64,000 bases of DNA from Octopus bimaculoides (lineage: Eukaryota): the NCBI RefSeq assembly GCF_001194135.2, contig NC_068982.1, positions 125,313,924 to 125,377,923 of the forward strand. Direction: 5' to 3'. The notes below the pieces were generated by a model. The model had not been told where the DNA came from. It was given only the letters and a program-made list of their open reading frames with translations, and did no database searches. Both the position numbers and the translations under genes were made by a program. This document shows, piece by piece, positions 1 through 14,057 of the stretch (its first letter is position 1; each line of letters begins with the position of its first letter).

Positions 1-189
1 GCTTGTGGGGTCGGAGCGTGGCCTGATCATCGCTTCATTTGTGTTGTCTAACGTTCTGTTAATATCATTCGATTTTTCTATTTTATATAATTTTTAAAGT
101 CATGTTTTATGTAAACCATTCGCATTACTGATCCCAATCAGTTGTTTTGTACCATTCTATGTTTGGCCCCCTGTGGGCAATAAAGAAAT

Positions 190-380
190 TGGTATTTCGT
201 CTGCCGGTATTTCGTTCTGAGTTCAAATTCTGCCGAGGTCGACTTTGCCTTTCATTCTTTCGGTGGTCGATTAAATAAGTACCAGTTATGCACAGGGGTC
301 GATGTAATCGACTTAATCCCTATGTCTGTCCTTGTTTGTCCCCTCTATGTTTGGCCCCCTATGGGCAATATAGAAATAAA
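190..380 (+). mobile_element. tRNA-derived SINE family A, partial copy
   Basis: Shares the B-box-like gttctgagttcaaatt, the core cctttcattctttcgg..gtcgat..aagtaccag and the tail ccctatgggcaat..agaaat with the full copy at 63103. Confidence 0.8.
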
Positions 381-1436
381 GTACAGCTATGCTTCTGGTA
401 ATATATAAATAACTTGTATTCATTCCAATAACACAATTCCTAATCTTCATGATTCACAACACCTTCTTGACTATCTTAATAACTGTATGCATTTTCCATA
501 GACGTTTAACATATTTCTCATCTACTTAATAATGAAGTGCTTATTGCATTGTTAGTAATGTGACAGGATGAGATGTGAAAGGATAATGCTGATCATGAGA
601 TTTCTAACATATTAAGCTTTCTAAACAATGTCTTTCTTCTTGAAATTTCAATAAAGTGCCTTGCGAGCAGTATTTACATATCGACAGTCTTAGTCTATGT
701 GCCTTTTGTTCAAACTGTTACCTACGCAAATTCTGCCCTGAAGTGATAAGCCATTATATTATATATATATGCTTCTCACACTTTATTATATACATTCCAT
801 TTTCTTGAGTCAATGTATGTATTTAAATACAATCAACTAATCACTTTTATGAAGTCCGTTGACAGTATTTCATCTCTATCTATTCAACAAGTGTTATTTA
901 TAAAAAAGGAATGGTTCACACAGCCGTCTTCTTCGAAGCACGCCTTACTCCATCGACATTTGCTGAGTTAATAAATAGCAACCTTTTCAAAAACTACTAT
1001 TTATGACATTATAGAGCAGATTTTGCCGTCGTCGTCATCGACGTCGTTGTCATGGCCATCGTCGTTGCGTTATCCTAGGTTAACCCTGATCTATTATCAA
1101 AGGCATGTCTCTCGCGACTACCCAGTTCTTCTCTTAGGTACCACTTATTATCTAACGTATTACTTCCTTCTCAACAGAGCAAAGTTCAACATGAGAGAAA
1201 TTTTGTAGCAATTTTCGTATGATTTGAAAACAAATGTTGATTGATTCAGTACTCGGTTTCTGTTTTTAAATGGTCGCGGGATGACAAAAGTAATCCATTC
1301 GTCATCCCCATCATGGTCATCGTCGCCGCCGCCGCCGCCACCGTTTGTTTTGTAGTTGAATGTCGATTGATTTAGTGCCCAGCTCTTTTCCTTTTTCCAT
1401 TCAAATGACAGCAGAATGACAAAATTGATTCACACA

Positions 1437-1473
1437 CACACACACACGCACACACACGCATACACACACACAT

Positions 1474-1548
<75 letters not shown>
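1437..1548. repeat. (CA)n microsatellite
   Basis: Direct reading. Many more (CA)n, (TA)n, (TATG)n, (CT)n and (GATA)n tracts occur, e.g. 5078-5187, 9695-9730, 12090-12218, 13710-13803, 43617-43677, 51468-51543, 54551-54610, 54815-54930. Confidence 0.98.
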
Positions 1549-1550
<2 letters not shown>

Positions 1551-1763
1551 TGCTTGTATGTGTGTGTGTGTGTACATGCATATATGTATATACATTTACC
1601 ACCATTCATTGGATTTTTTGCTAAACACTGAAGAGGTGCATTAACAAGATTATAAAATGTTTTAACAAACAATTATGTAATCCTAGCTGTCAGTTACCGA
1701 AATGAATATACGCTTTATAAAGCATAAACTAAAATATCTTTTCTGTATCTTATTATTACTACA

Positions 1764-2082
1764 GTGGAGGCGCAATGGCCCAGTGGTTAGGGCAGCGGGC
1801 TCGCGGTTGGAGGATCGTGGTTTCGATTCCCAGACCGGGCGTTTTGTGTGTTTATTGAGCGAAAACACCTAAATCTCCACGAGGCTCCGGCAGGGGGTGG
1901 TGGCGACCCCTGTTGTACTCTTTTGCCCCAACTTTCTCTCACTCTTTCTTCTTGTTTCTTGAGTAACGCTGCGATGGACTGGCGTCCCGTCCAGCTGAGG
2001 CGGGGGGGGGGGACATACGCCATAGAAACCGGGAAATTGGGCCCATGAACCTGGTTAGGCTTTAAAAAAGGCGTATAAAAAA
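1764..2082 (+). mobile_element. tRNA-derived SINE family C, variant 3' body
   Basis: A-box tggcccagtgg and B-box ggtttcgattcc. The head is nearly identical to the copies at 3748 and 15832. Confidence 0.85.
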
Positions 2083-3747
2083 ACTTCAATTAATACTATA
2101 ATGTTGCTCGTAATTCCGCACACTAACGTAGCCTATGGTTTGATGCCCCGCGTTGTACCGCACTGGATATAGTAATGGAGTGTGGGACCGTCTACTGAGC
2201 ACGAACTTCGGCTGTGTTGCACTTCATAACGGATATGTTTACACACACACACACATGGTGTCTATGCGAGTGCCTCTATATTATCTTTATGTTATCACTG
2301 TTCCACATCCGACGTTGGTTTGTTTTCATTCACCTAAACAAATACTTCGGTAAAAGAGACCGATCGAATAGGTACCAAACTCGAGAACTAAAATAAATGC
2401 ATAAATGAATAAAATGTACTGGCGAATTCGTTTTGAGCGAGTAAACCGCTCAAGGTAATATAAGTAACATGGCTGCGGCCCAATAACTTCAAGCTAATAA
2501 AAGAATTTAAGAATCTATGTAAAATAAAGACAATATTTTTTTTTTTAATCAGGCCATCCAGCCTGATAGATATATAATCTTTGATTAATAGCCACGGCCA
2601 AATTTCACTTTCTGTTATCGCTATCATGATAGACTTTACTCTGTTTTTCACATGTTCTATTCCATGGGACATACACACACGCTCGCGCACGTGCGCACAT
2701 ACATACATACATACATACATACATACGCGCGTGTGTGTGTTTGTGTGTGTGTGTGTGATGCACGTTGCTTCACGATTCGTTGGCGTGACAGTTTTTATCT
2801 TTCCCAACAAACACATTGTTGTACACAGCATTCTGCGACCTTCTGTAACTCCATATGCGGTTGCTTATCAGACTCCTCGGGATTGGTGGATCTTTATCGT
2901 GCGAAGATGAGAATTGGGTTGTTCGGTCAAATCGAATTACCTGTTCTTGTATTAACGAGCAACAGGTTACGCATTTTACAGACACGTATATTCTTAACGT
3001 GATTTGTAAGCAAAATCAGCCTGACTACATGTAAGAAGACTACAGCGGTCGGTTAAAGAAACAATCCTCAATCTAGTGGGCTTCTATGCAGTTTCCATTC
3101 GCCCAATTTCATTCACAAGGTATGGGGCGACCGAGACTATGAAAAATGACATTTGGTCAGATGCTACAAAGTGGGATCGAACGCGTCACCTATCGGCTGC
3201 AAAGCGAATTTCTTAACCATTCGATCAAAAAATTATATAAACTTCATATTTACTGTAATTATCTCATTACCTCCACACCCGTCCTATCAAGATTTGAAAA
3301 AGAATTCAAGATCGAAATGTATGTACGCATGGATGTATATATGTTTGTGTCTGTGGATGGGTGGATGGATGGATGGATGGATGGATGACCAGCTTATTCT
3401 TAAGGCTACTGGTAACATGTAATCCAGTGCAACCAGTCGCTTAGGCAAATCCTTGGTGATTAAACTTATAACGTTACTAAGCCCACTTAGTAAATAGGGT
3501 GACTTTCATTGGACACTCTATAGGATGTAAAGCAAAATCTATCCAAGAACAGATGAACAAAGTAGAGTCAATAGCCATCCAACAGCTGAGAGTGGAGAGC
3601 CTTAGTCACCATTTAGACATCTCTTTCGGAAAAGGAAATTCCAAAATAGCACACACATCATTGCCAAACCGTAGATCTTGCTTTCCTTGTTTCTGAACTA
3701 CTTAGCTTTGTCGGTGAGAGTTTTAGCGGCGTTGTGCATGATGTTAA

Positions 3748-4136
3748 GTGGAAGCGCAATGGTCCAGTGGTTAGGGCAGCGGACTCGCGGTCATAGGATC
3801 GCGGTTTCGATTCCCAGACCGGGCGTTGTGAGTGTTTATTGAGCGAAAACACCTAAAGCTCCACGAGGCTCCGGCAGGGGATGGTGGCGAACCCTGCTGT
3901 ACTCTTTCACTACAACTTTTTCTCACTCTTTCTTCCTGTTTCTGTTGTGCCTGTAATTCAAAGGGTCAACCTTGTCACACTCTGTGTCACGCTGAATATC
4001 CCTGAGAACTACGCTAAGGGTACACGTGTCTGTGGAGTGCTCAACAACTTGAACGTTAATTTCACGAGCAGGCTGTTCCGTTGATAGGATCAACTGGAAC
4101 TCTCGACGTCGTAAGCGACGGAGTACCAACAACAGC
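3748..4136 (+). mobile_element. tRNA-derived SINE family C, full length
   Basis: Pol III A/B boxes and a caacaac-type tail; collinear and highly similar to 15832-16202. Confidence 0.88.
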
Positions 4137-4324
4137 ATGATGTTATTGACGTCAAATTTCAGCGCATCGTTGGCAGCCGTTCTCTTTGACATCTAGAATA
4201 AAATCATTTATGAGTGATGGTCATACTCCTCTACTCTTTGACAGCCACCATGTATGCAAGTATGAATGCCTGTACGTATGCATGTCTGTATGTATGCCTG
4301 GATGCAAGCATGTTTGTATGTACG

Positions 4325-4800
4325 TTCTGGGTATGACATTCAACTGCATCCGGTAGTGGGACTCTGATTTAGGAGTTCCAGGGTTTCGAAGAGTGTGGAA
4401 TCATCTCTTAGTCACAGTTGTTCCCAGGTCTACTCTGAGCCGGAGTAGTAACATTTATCAGGGTCTCAACTATTGATTAACCAGCATATGAACGACGAGA
4501 TGTACGAAATACACTGGTTGGTATCCGCGGCTGCAGTAAGCCCGCTGGAGGTGAGGGACTCCTGGTCTGTGTTAAGGCATCCTTCTAGAAGAAGACTGAC
4601 TGCCACACAAAACCCGTTGCTCTACTGAGCCAGATATCTTGCACTTCGCTTGTCTCTAGCTTCTTGGTATTGCTAGTGAGAGTTTTTGTGGTACTGCGCA
4701 AACCGTACTCTACTTAAAACTCTTGCACGGGCATAGCTGACACTGAACTGTCAGCAATGGTCATGCTCATCTAACGAGTAGATGGCCATCATCATATACA
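4325..4800 (+). mobile_element. Probable non-LTR retroposon fragment ending in (CAT)n
   Basis: GC-elevated island with a repeat-like leader (gggtatgacattcaactgcatccggt...ctctgagccggagt) and a catcatcat end. There is a single copy in the window and the family is not determined. Confidence 0.35.
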
Positions 4801-5132
4801 TATGCATGTATGTATGTATGTATGTATGTTCACCAGTGCATCAGTAGGTCATGTGCATCACACGTCATATGCCAGTGCATCATGTGTTGTGGTTTTAGAA
4901 AATATTCTGTTTTAAACAAACTGCAAGGAACACATCTGAAAATAATGGGAAAAAAGCCGTCATGAGAAGGTTAAAAGCAGAATAAAGTCGCATTTTTATA
5001 CATCTGAATGTGTACTTATATATTTATAACCTAGATCCAAGGCTCTTTCATTGGAATTTCAACATTGTCAACAGGGTATGTATGTATGTATGTATGTATG
5101 TATGTATGTATGTATGTATGCGTGTGTGTATA

Positions 5133-5190
<58 letters not shown>

Positions 5191-6062
5191 CGTGTTCCAA
5201 GCCTGCAGTGTAAACTAATGTAAATTCGGAATCGTTACTATTTCTTTTTCTCTTACGGCTCTTATTACTTTTCCTTCTCTTTTATCATTCACTTGCAAAT
5301 GGATAACCAGCGATACACTGGCGAAAATGTTGGCCTGCCTATGTCGTCAATAGGGTGGCATTATTCGAAAAACTACATCAGTGTGAAGAAGCGTATTATG
5401 ACCAACTATAGCCCCGGGCCGACCAAAGCCTTGTGAGTGGATTTGATAGGCGGAAACTGAAAGACGTCCCCCACTCCACCGTTTGTCAATTAGTCTTGGT
5501 GGTTTGTTTCCGTCCCTCTAACTTAACGGTTCGGCCAAAACGACCGATCGCATAAGTATCAGACGTTAAAAAATAAGTACTAGTGTTAATTTATTCGACT
5601 AAACTCTAAGAATACGTTGTTCCAGCATGGCCGCAGTCCAGTGTCTAAAACAGTCAAATAAATAACTGAAATGTTTATTGAGATACATAAACATGCATCA
5701 AATATGCTGGCATTTTCGCTATAACAAACGATGAATGACCTTAAAGAGAAAACGACTACGAACATCAACGATTATGTCATGTGTCAAAGCAAAAAATACC
5801 TGACTATGCGACAATAACTACTTCAAAGCATTTCTGAAGTAAATATGACTATACTACACAATTGTGTATATACATACATGCATACATACATACATGTGTG
5901 GGTATGTAGATGTGTGTGTGTGTGTTTATTGACGCACATAAATATGCACACGCGCGCGCACATTATGTGAATATATGTTTATATAGTCATTGAACATACT
6001 GATAGTAATGTTCCAGTCAGTGTAACTCATTTAACCTATATATGTGCAATTGTGCATATGCA

Positions 6063-6108
<46 letters not shown>

Positions 6109-6349
6109 NNNNNNNNNNNNNNNNNNNNNNNNNNNNNNNNNNNNNNNNNNNNNNNNNNNNNNNNNNNNNNNNNNNNNNNNNNNNNNNNNNNNNNNNNNNN
6201 NNNNNNNNNNNNNNNNNNNNNNNNNNNNNNNNNNNNNNNNNNNNNNNNNNNNNNNNNNNNNNNNNNTATATATATATATATATATATATGATTACATATA
6301 CAAATATCCCCCCCCCCACACACACACAAACGTATATAATAGAAATATT

Positions 6350-6767
6350 GGACATGAAAGATAGGGTGTACTGGAAACTTTGTTTATAACAACGATTGTT
6401 TCGACACATCCTGAACCGTGGGGGGAAAACTATACAGTGAATTACAGTGCATCCCACGCACAAAGTCATAGGATACTGTCGCACAGCTCTTGAGGCAGTA
6501 GAGTCTCAGTTCTTTTAGCCTTTCCCAGTAGCTCATTTGTTCCACCGAGTCAATCTTCTTTGTGTAGTGGCGCTGGATTGCCTCAAGTTCCACCACCAGT
6601 TTGATGCTCTACGGCGACCACAGTTGGAAGTAGTAATCCAGGCGACTGAAGACAAAAGTTCTCAACAGAAATAGCAAAGTATCCTTATTTCTGGTTCTGA
6701 ATGATCTAAGAATCCATCCAGCTGCTCACCACACAACGTTGCCATCTTGGTAATATGCACATGAAAT
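6350..6767 (-). mobile_element. CR1-like LINE ORF2, 3' fragment (degenerate)
   Basis: Translates as ...WILRSFRTR...SRLDYYFQLWSP...ELEAIQRHYTKKI...SYWERLKELRLY, the typical post-RT region of CR1/L2-group LINEs. Confidence 0.85.
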
Positions 6768-7813
6768 TGTAGGAAAAGGTGATTAGCACTTGCTGGGTGC
6801 TTCACATTTCCATACATAGTTCATGGAAGGAAAAAGGTTAAATGAGTATAAGTGTCAGAAGGAAACGAGAGACACAACCAGTAGAAGGTTTAAGAGAAGA
6901 TTTTATTTATATGTTAACTTGTGTGTCTGTGTGAGTGCGACTTATAAACATAATAATAGACAGGCCGTCATGTATACAGAGTGTGTATGTGTGTGCGACA
7001 TATAAACATAATAATAGGCCGTCATGTATACAGAATGTGTATGTGTAAAACATAGATGTATGCGTGTGCGTTAGATACAGAGCATTGAAAGAGTCTATAA
7101 TATGACGTTAGAAGAAAGTCCAGACACAAGGATGATAAATACCAGTTCGTAGTCAAGGTACACAGTAGTTGAGGTGCTGTATCAAGAAGTTGAGGTGGCA
7201 ATGCAGAGCCGGGGAGAGATACTGTCGCATAAGAAGTTGTGGTTACAATGCTGCTGCCGGTCTCTTGTTACAGGTGGTTGTTGCAGGTTGTATTTGCTGT
7301 TAACCATGGTGAAGTATTTCACAAACAGTGTGGAGATAGAACCTGTGCGAGTGCTGCTGGTTGTTGTGTACGTAGTAAGAAGTTGTCGACGACGTTGAGT
7401 AGATGGAGGCAACGAAGATTGAGATTACCGTATGCTGTTAGTTAAGTGTTGAGTCTCCATGTGGCTGCTGTTGTGTCATCGCTGGAACTGGCTGTGTGCT
7501 CTGTGGTCAGTGGCTAGACCTCAGAAGGTCTGGAGCCAGAAAACGTTCTAGACAGAGTAAAGCTAGCATTTAATATCGTGGTGTCGGCTCACCGGAAGTT
7601 TAGGAAAGACTGTCTTACGTGACCTTATCTGAAGGCTGCGATTGATTGGGTTGCATCTTGGCGCAATAGAGCAAGAAACAAATTGCGCCAATACCAACCA
7701 ATCAGAGTGGTGGACACAACAGGGTCTAAAGGTGCGGCCGAAGGTTAGCTGTTATCCACTACGTCCGTATTTATGTATATATATATAACAGAGACAGAGA
7801 GAAGTATGCTACA
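6768..7813 (-). mobile_element. Solo LTR (1046 bp) inserted into the CR1-like LINE
   Basis: Termini TGTAG...CTACA with a 4-bp target-site duplication AAAT (6764-6767 and 7814-7817). Removing it restores the LINE frame D-A-T-F-H-V-H-I-T-K. Orientation is inferred from a minus-strand AATAAA near 6905. Confidence 0.85.
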
Positions 7814-9250
7814 AAATGTTGCATCATTTACCCATATTACGCACCGATTCTAACTCTGGGATTGCACTACTCTTGGTCCGGTGTATTCCAGTTATAGTCT
7901 GTTTGTGGGCTGATAGAAGAATGCTTGAAACTGCTCAGCATTGAACTGCATATTATTTTCGCCAGCGCATTTGTATATTGCATGCAAGTCATTTTGTAGT
8001 TTTAATGCATCGTTGACCTTGTTATGCGTTTGTACCATTAGCGTAGCTGGTGGGAGTGGCTGACTGTACGGCTGGGGGTATCTCTGGGAGAGCCACCACA
8101 AGCAGTAGTAGTTCCAGTATAGTTCCTTGAGGGACTCCGCTGCGGATTGATGTCTCCCCAGAGAGAGAGCACCATTAGCTGCGACTGTCTGACTTCTATC
8201 TTTTAAAAAGTCATGCAGACACTCTCTCAGTTTTCCTATGATACCAAGGTCGTGTAGTTTTATCATCAGCTTTGTCAAAGGCCTTGACAGAGTCGAGATA
8301 TATCACATCCACATATGAGTGATTGAGCTACTATTTCACTACCCAGTTGTAATGTTGCAGTTGCTATGTGATGTAGCTCTTCCCCGAGCAGAAACCATGT
8401 TCTGTGTTTGTGAATAAGTTATTCTCTTCCAGGAATCAGTCTCCAGCTGACAGTGTGGTCCATGACTTTTCTAACTTGTGAAAGTCAGAGAGATAGGCCT
8501 GTAAGTTTTAGCATCTGCTCTGCTTCCTCCTTTGTGAACAAGGCATGTGATACTTTCTTTTAACAATTTAGGAAGTTTACCACATGCAAGGAAATTCTGA
8601 AAAAATATCTGCAGTGGTTTTGCGAGAGCTTTCTTGGATGTGTTTAGAACAGCCGGAAATCCATTTGGGCCCGTTGCTGAGTTTGAGTTCATCTCATCTA
8701 TGACCTATATCACATCTTCCTCATTTATGTCTATGTAACCGATGGTTGCCTCTTTCCCATCTAGGTCTGCAATGTTGAAAAACTCTTTAGGTTCACTTAT
8801 TTGCATGTTTCTCAGTGGAGAGGCAAAGATATTCTGGAATTGTTTATTTAGCATTTCAATTATCCTATTAGTGTTTGCAGTTAGCGAGCCGTCTTCCTCT
8901 GACAGTGGCCCTATCTTGTAGTGCACTGAGGCTGATTCTTTCGCAATAGAAGGCTTTTGGATTCATTTTTATATTTCCACTGCCCTGGTTCTCTTTCTAC
9001 CCTTTCCTTTTCGTGGGAGAGTTTGAGTTTATTTTCAATCTCTAGAAGCGCCTATTTGAGGAGGGATTTTTCAGTCATTAAGTTATCTACTTAAGAGACT
9101 GGAAATCTTTATTATCTGTCTTATAAGGACTCTCCTGTCGCGGGGAAAGATGTTTTGTATGTAATGACTCTCTTCTCTGGGACAAATTTAACGCAAATGG
9201 CTCTCGTTATTGACATGAATTACTTCAGTTTCATATTACTGACTTGTAGG
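7814..9250 (-). mobile_element. CR1-like LINE ORF2 (RT region), degenerate
   Basis: Fragments NSNSATGPNGFP, YRPISLT, LHDLGIIGKL..LHDFLKDRSQTVAANG and LQNDLHAIY..A.ENNMQFNA, broken by frameshifts and stops. Confidence 0.88.
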
Positions 9251-9691
9251 GACTCCGTATTTCGTTATGCAGCCATAATATACGACAAAGTATATTAAAC
9301 GCTGTATAAGTCAATACTGTGGAATACAGTATTGACTTATAAAACGTTTAATATAGCAGGGCAGCTTTTTTGCTTTCTTTTGTTTTTGTTTTCTTTTTAG
9401 ATTTTCGTGTTCTTTCTTTTTTCGATTTCAACATCTCTATGAACCTGGGTATCTTCGTTCATGGTTGCTTTTTAGTGCCTTCCTTATTGGGTTTTCCATA
9501 TGAAGTTTCAATATTAGGACTATATATATATAATATATATGAGATATATGAGTCTGTGTATGCATATATATATATATATGAGATATATGAGTGTGTGTAT
9601 GCATATACACACACATATATATACATATGCGTGTGTGTATAGAGTGCACGCATGCGAGAGAGAAACAATGAGAGTAAGAGCTGGATGGAGG

Positions 9692-9730
<39 letters not shown>

Positions 9731-10639
9731 GTACAAGCTACGAATGTGTGTGTGTGTATTTATGTTTCAGTTTGTGTGAGTGAAAATTTTCACCACAAAA
9801 TTCGCGGTGAAAATTTTGTATCTGATCAATTAATTTTTTTATACTCACCATTGTTTTTTTTTCCTTCAGGAGGGAATCAGAATATGGAAATTAATATTCT
9901 GCGAGTTGCCGAGTTTATGTTTGGTGGTATTGTGAATAGTTTGGCTTTGTAGTCTACCTGATATTTCTGTTTCTTTGCAAGTTTCGGTTACTATTTTGGT
10001 GAAAGAGTTGCTGGTAGTACTACGATGTCCAAAATTATAATTAATTAAACCCAGAGTCCCCTCGAATTACTATCTTATGTACTTTATGTTGTTGCTTTTT
10101 TTATCTCCAAATAATACTCAAACAACCTGTCTGAACCAGTGGCATAGCTAGTGCATGTGCCGCCTGGGGCAACTATTGAGCTCCCCCATCCCTTCCCGGG
10201 CAATACAGTCTATACAGGCTTATGTAACAGATCCAAAAGGGCCACCACCACACCCATAGAAGCATCGCCTGGGTCGGACAGCCTCTTCACCATCCACTAT
10301 GAACATTACTGCAGGTAATGCATCTCCAGATTCCAAGATGTGAATATATGCGGATACACTTGCTGTCTGAGAGAAAACCTGGCCAATAGTGTTTAGTCCA
10401 TACAAATGAAAGTACAATCCGCGTGGATAACGTCTCGAACCATTTCAAGAAGCAAAACTTATAAATCACTTCTAAGATACCCAAATTACACCAGAAGCTC
10501 CACATCAATAGAATCGCCGAAAAGGCACACCAAATGTACTCAAAGAAAACTTGTAGGAAACAAAGAAAGGAAAGAATAGCAACGTCGACTAAATTGTTGT
10601 ATTAAAAAACGTAAGCTCGGTTTCTCTCCGAGTATGCAT

Positions 10640-11830
10640 TTGTAGTCTGGATCTCAGGGGCCTTTGACAAGATAGACCGTGGAGTTATCTGTCATAGGAT
10701 TTTAGTTTAACAGGAAAGCTCAATGTATAATTCTTTAACTTTTATGTGATTGGAATTAATCTGTGACTGCAAATAGTATCCTCTCTGCAAACAGTAACCT
10801 GTAATAAGTAGTGTAACACAAGGTACGGTTCTAGGACCACTATTATTTATCATTGTCCTATTAGGCATAAGCTTACAGAAACTCTCAGACAATCTAATGA
10901 GACGCCGATGACACAAAGTATCAATTGCTATCCAAACTGCAGAAGTTGCTCTCACACTCCAGAATGAGCTAAATATCTATCAATAGGAAGATGCAAATAA
11001 CTGGAAATTCAATGCACCGAAATTTCATTTCTTCATTATGGAATTGACACGCACAATACAAATTATTTGACACCAGATAACCCCGCAATTGATAGCTCTA
11101 ATAAAATACGGATTTTAGGGGTAATTATACCAAATTATGCATCATTCATCAGGCACATCACCAGTTTGGCGTCTAAATGTAGCCATCTCATAGGGTGTGA
11201 TCTGAAAACCTTCATAATAGAATCAGTAGTTATGCTGACTCTATGGAAAACTTTTGAGTAGACAAGATAATTGTCCACAGCTTTAGTCATACAAGAAACT
11301 GAAGGGTTACAAAGAACATTCACCAGTAAAATAATATCAATTAAAGGACTTGATTACTGACAACGTCTCAACTCCCTTGAATGAAGTAGAGCGAGGTACG
11401 TATGGAAGATCCTGGAATATCATTTGGCATTAAAGGAAACTTTAATGCAGGAACTGGTGGAATATAATTTGGAATTAAAGAATGGCATTTGGCTTTAGAT
11501 GCAAGACCTAGTGGAATATCACTTGGAATTAAAGAAAACTTTAACGCAAGAACTGGTAGATGCTGTCAACTTCCACATATACCGGCTTCAAAATCACGAG
11601 CAAGGACACTACACTGCAGCAATCTGGTATTTAGATGTTCTTAAGTGTTCAACTGCTTACCTAAAGAAGTCAGAAACATAAAAGGGAATTATGTCGAAAT
11701 ATTCAAGAAAACATTGAATGAACTCCAGACCAAAACACCGAACCAACCAACTTATACAAGGTTCCACTCAAGGAAGATCAGCTGCTATTAAATCATAGAT
11801 CAACGTCTAGTCATAAAACTCAACAAAACT
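10640..11830 (+). mobile_element. CR1-like LINE RT fragment, degenerate
   Basis: Remnants of AFDKID.GVICH, QGTVLGPLLFI and ADDTKV, followed by a post-RT region like that at 6350-6767; many stops. Confidence 0.82.
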
Positions 11831-14057
11831 AAAATAAAGAAATGATAACAGATAAATGAACAAAAGAGAAAATAAGGTGGTGCCCCAGCATAGCCGCAGT
11901 CCTTTAACTGAAACCACTGAAAGAATAAAAGAATATTTATTTACATTTATTCTTTTCAATTTGTTTCACATTCTACTAGCCCTTCTTTTGAAATAGACAG
12001 TCTGCCCCAACACGTGATATCTCTACCTATTGTCTGTCTACTATAATTTTGTTTTCTTCTTTCAACCCTCACATCGGCTCACTTTTTTTTCTCTCTCTTT
12101 CTTCTTCTTCTTCTTCTTCTCTCTCTCTCTCTCTTTCTTCTTCTTCTTCTTCTCTCTCTCTCTCTTTCTTCTTCTTCTCTCTCTCTCTCTTTCTTCTTCT
12201 CTCTCTCTCTCTCTCTCAGTATGTACACCTATGGTTTTCACCGCCTTTATCACTCCCACTCTGAAATCTTAAAAGTTCCCGCATTCACCTGACTTACAGG
12301 ACAATAAAACTGACAGTCACTCTACTTCCCAAATCCTACCTTACTGCAAACAAATATAATTAAGAAGAGTCTCCTATTTNNNNNNNNNNNNNNNNNNNNN
12401 NNNNNNNNNNNNNNNNNNNNNNNNNNNNNNNNNNNNNNNNNNNNNNNNNNNNNNNNNNNNNNNNNNNNNNNNNNNNNNNNNNNNNNNNNNNNNNNNNNNN
12501 NNNNNNNNNNNNNNNNNNNNNNNNNNNNNNNNNNNNNNNNNNNNNNNNNNNNNNNNNNNNNNNNNNNNNNNNNNNNNNNNNNNNNNNNNNNNNNNNNNNN
12601 NNNNNNNNNNNNNNNNNNNNNNNNNNNNNNNNNNNNNNNNNNNNNNNNNNNNNNNNNNNNNNNNNNNNNNNNNNNNNNNNNNNNNNNNNNNNNNNNNNNN
12701 NNNNNNNNNNNNNNNNNNNNNNNNNNNNNNNNNNNNNNNNNNNNNNNNNNNNNNNNNNNNNNNNNNNNNNNNNNNNNNNNNNNNNNNNNNNNNNNNNNNN
12801 NNNNNNNNNNNNNNNNNNNNNNNNNNNNNNNNNNNNNNNNNNNNNNNNNNNNNNNNNNNNNNNNNNNNNNNNNNNNNNNNNNNNNNNNNNNNNNNNNNNN
12901 NNNNNNNNNNNNNNNNNNNNNNNNNNNNNNNNNNNNNNNNNNNNNNNNNNNNNNNNNNNNNNNNNNNNNNNNNNNNNNNNNNNNNNNNNNNNNNNNNNNN
13001 NNNNNNNNNNNNNNNNNNNNNNNNNNNNNNNNNNNNNNNNNNNNNNNNNNNNNNNNNNNNNNNNNNNNNNNNNNNNNNNNNNNNNNNNNNNNNNNNNNNN
13101 NNNNNNNNNNNNNNNNNNNNNNNNNNNNNNNNNNNNNNNNNNNNNNNNNNNNNNNNNNNNNNNNNNNNNNNNNNNNNNNNNNNNNNNNNNNNNNNNNNNN
13201 NNNNNNNNNNNNNNNNNNNNNNNNNNNNNNNNNNNNNNNNNNNNNNNNNNNNNNNNNNNNNNNNNNNNNNNNNNNNNNNNNNNNNNNNNNNNNNNNNNNN
13301 NNNNNNNNNNNNNNNNNNNNNNNNNNNNNNNNNNNNTATAGTGAGAGAGAGAGAGAGAGAGAGAATCAGCAAGCAGAAAAGTCCATGTCTTCAACACGAA
13401 TTTTCTCTCATGAGCACACCGCTTTTAGAGTTTAAAAAGCCATCCCACCACCAGGTCAAACGAAGCTTTTGTACATGTATGAATTTTAGTGTCTGTGTTT
13501 CGCCCCACCATCGCTTGGCAACCGATGTTGGTGTGTTTACGTCCCTGTAACACATCAGTTCGGCAAAATTAACCGATAGAATAAGTGCTAGGCTTACAAA
13601 GAAGAAGTCCTGAGGTCAATTTCTTTGATTAAAAAACCCTTTAAGGCGGTGCTTCACCATGGCCGCAATCAAATAACTGAAACAAGTAAAAGGGTATTTT
13701 TGTGCGTGCGTATGTATGTATGTATGTATGTATGTATGTATGTATGTATGTATGCATGCATGCATGCATGCATGCATGCATGTATGTATGTATGTATGTA
13801 TGTACATTGTGCTTAGATGACTAGCTGATTATGCCCACGCCCTAATGGAGGTCATTGCAAAGTACCGTATATGTGACAAATATTTTGGTCATGAGCGTAG
13901 ACTATAGCAAATCAAAGTGGGCGTCTTTAAGAAAATGTAGAACAGACAAAAATAGAAAAATGGAATGATAATGCAAAAAGTGTATAGTTATATCGTTGCC
14001 TTAATATCAAAATGGGCTAACTGACATACATATACTAACTGACATATTTATATATAC

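Noticed and set aside
1764-1840. tRNA-like sequences at 1764, 3748 and 15832 as tRNA genes
   Set aside because: They have A/B boxes but run straight into shared SINE bodies, and I could not close a convincing cloverleaf; they are SINE heads.
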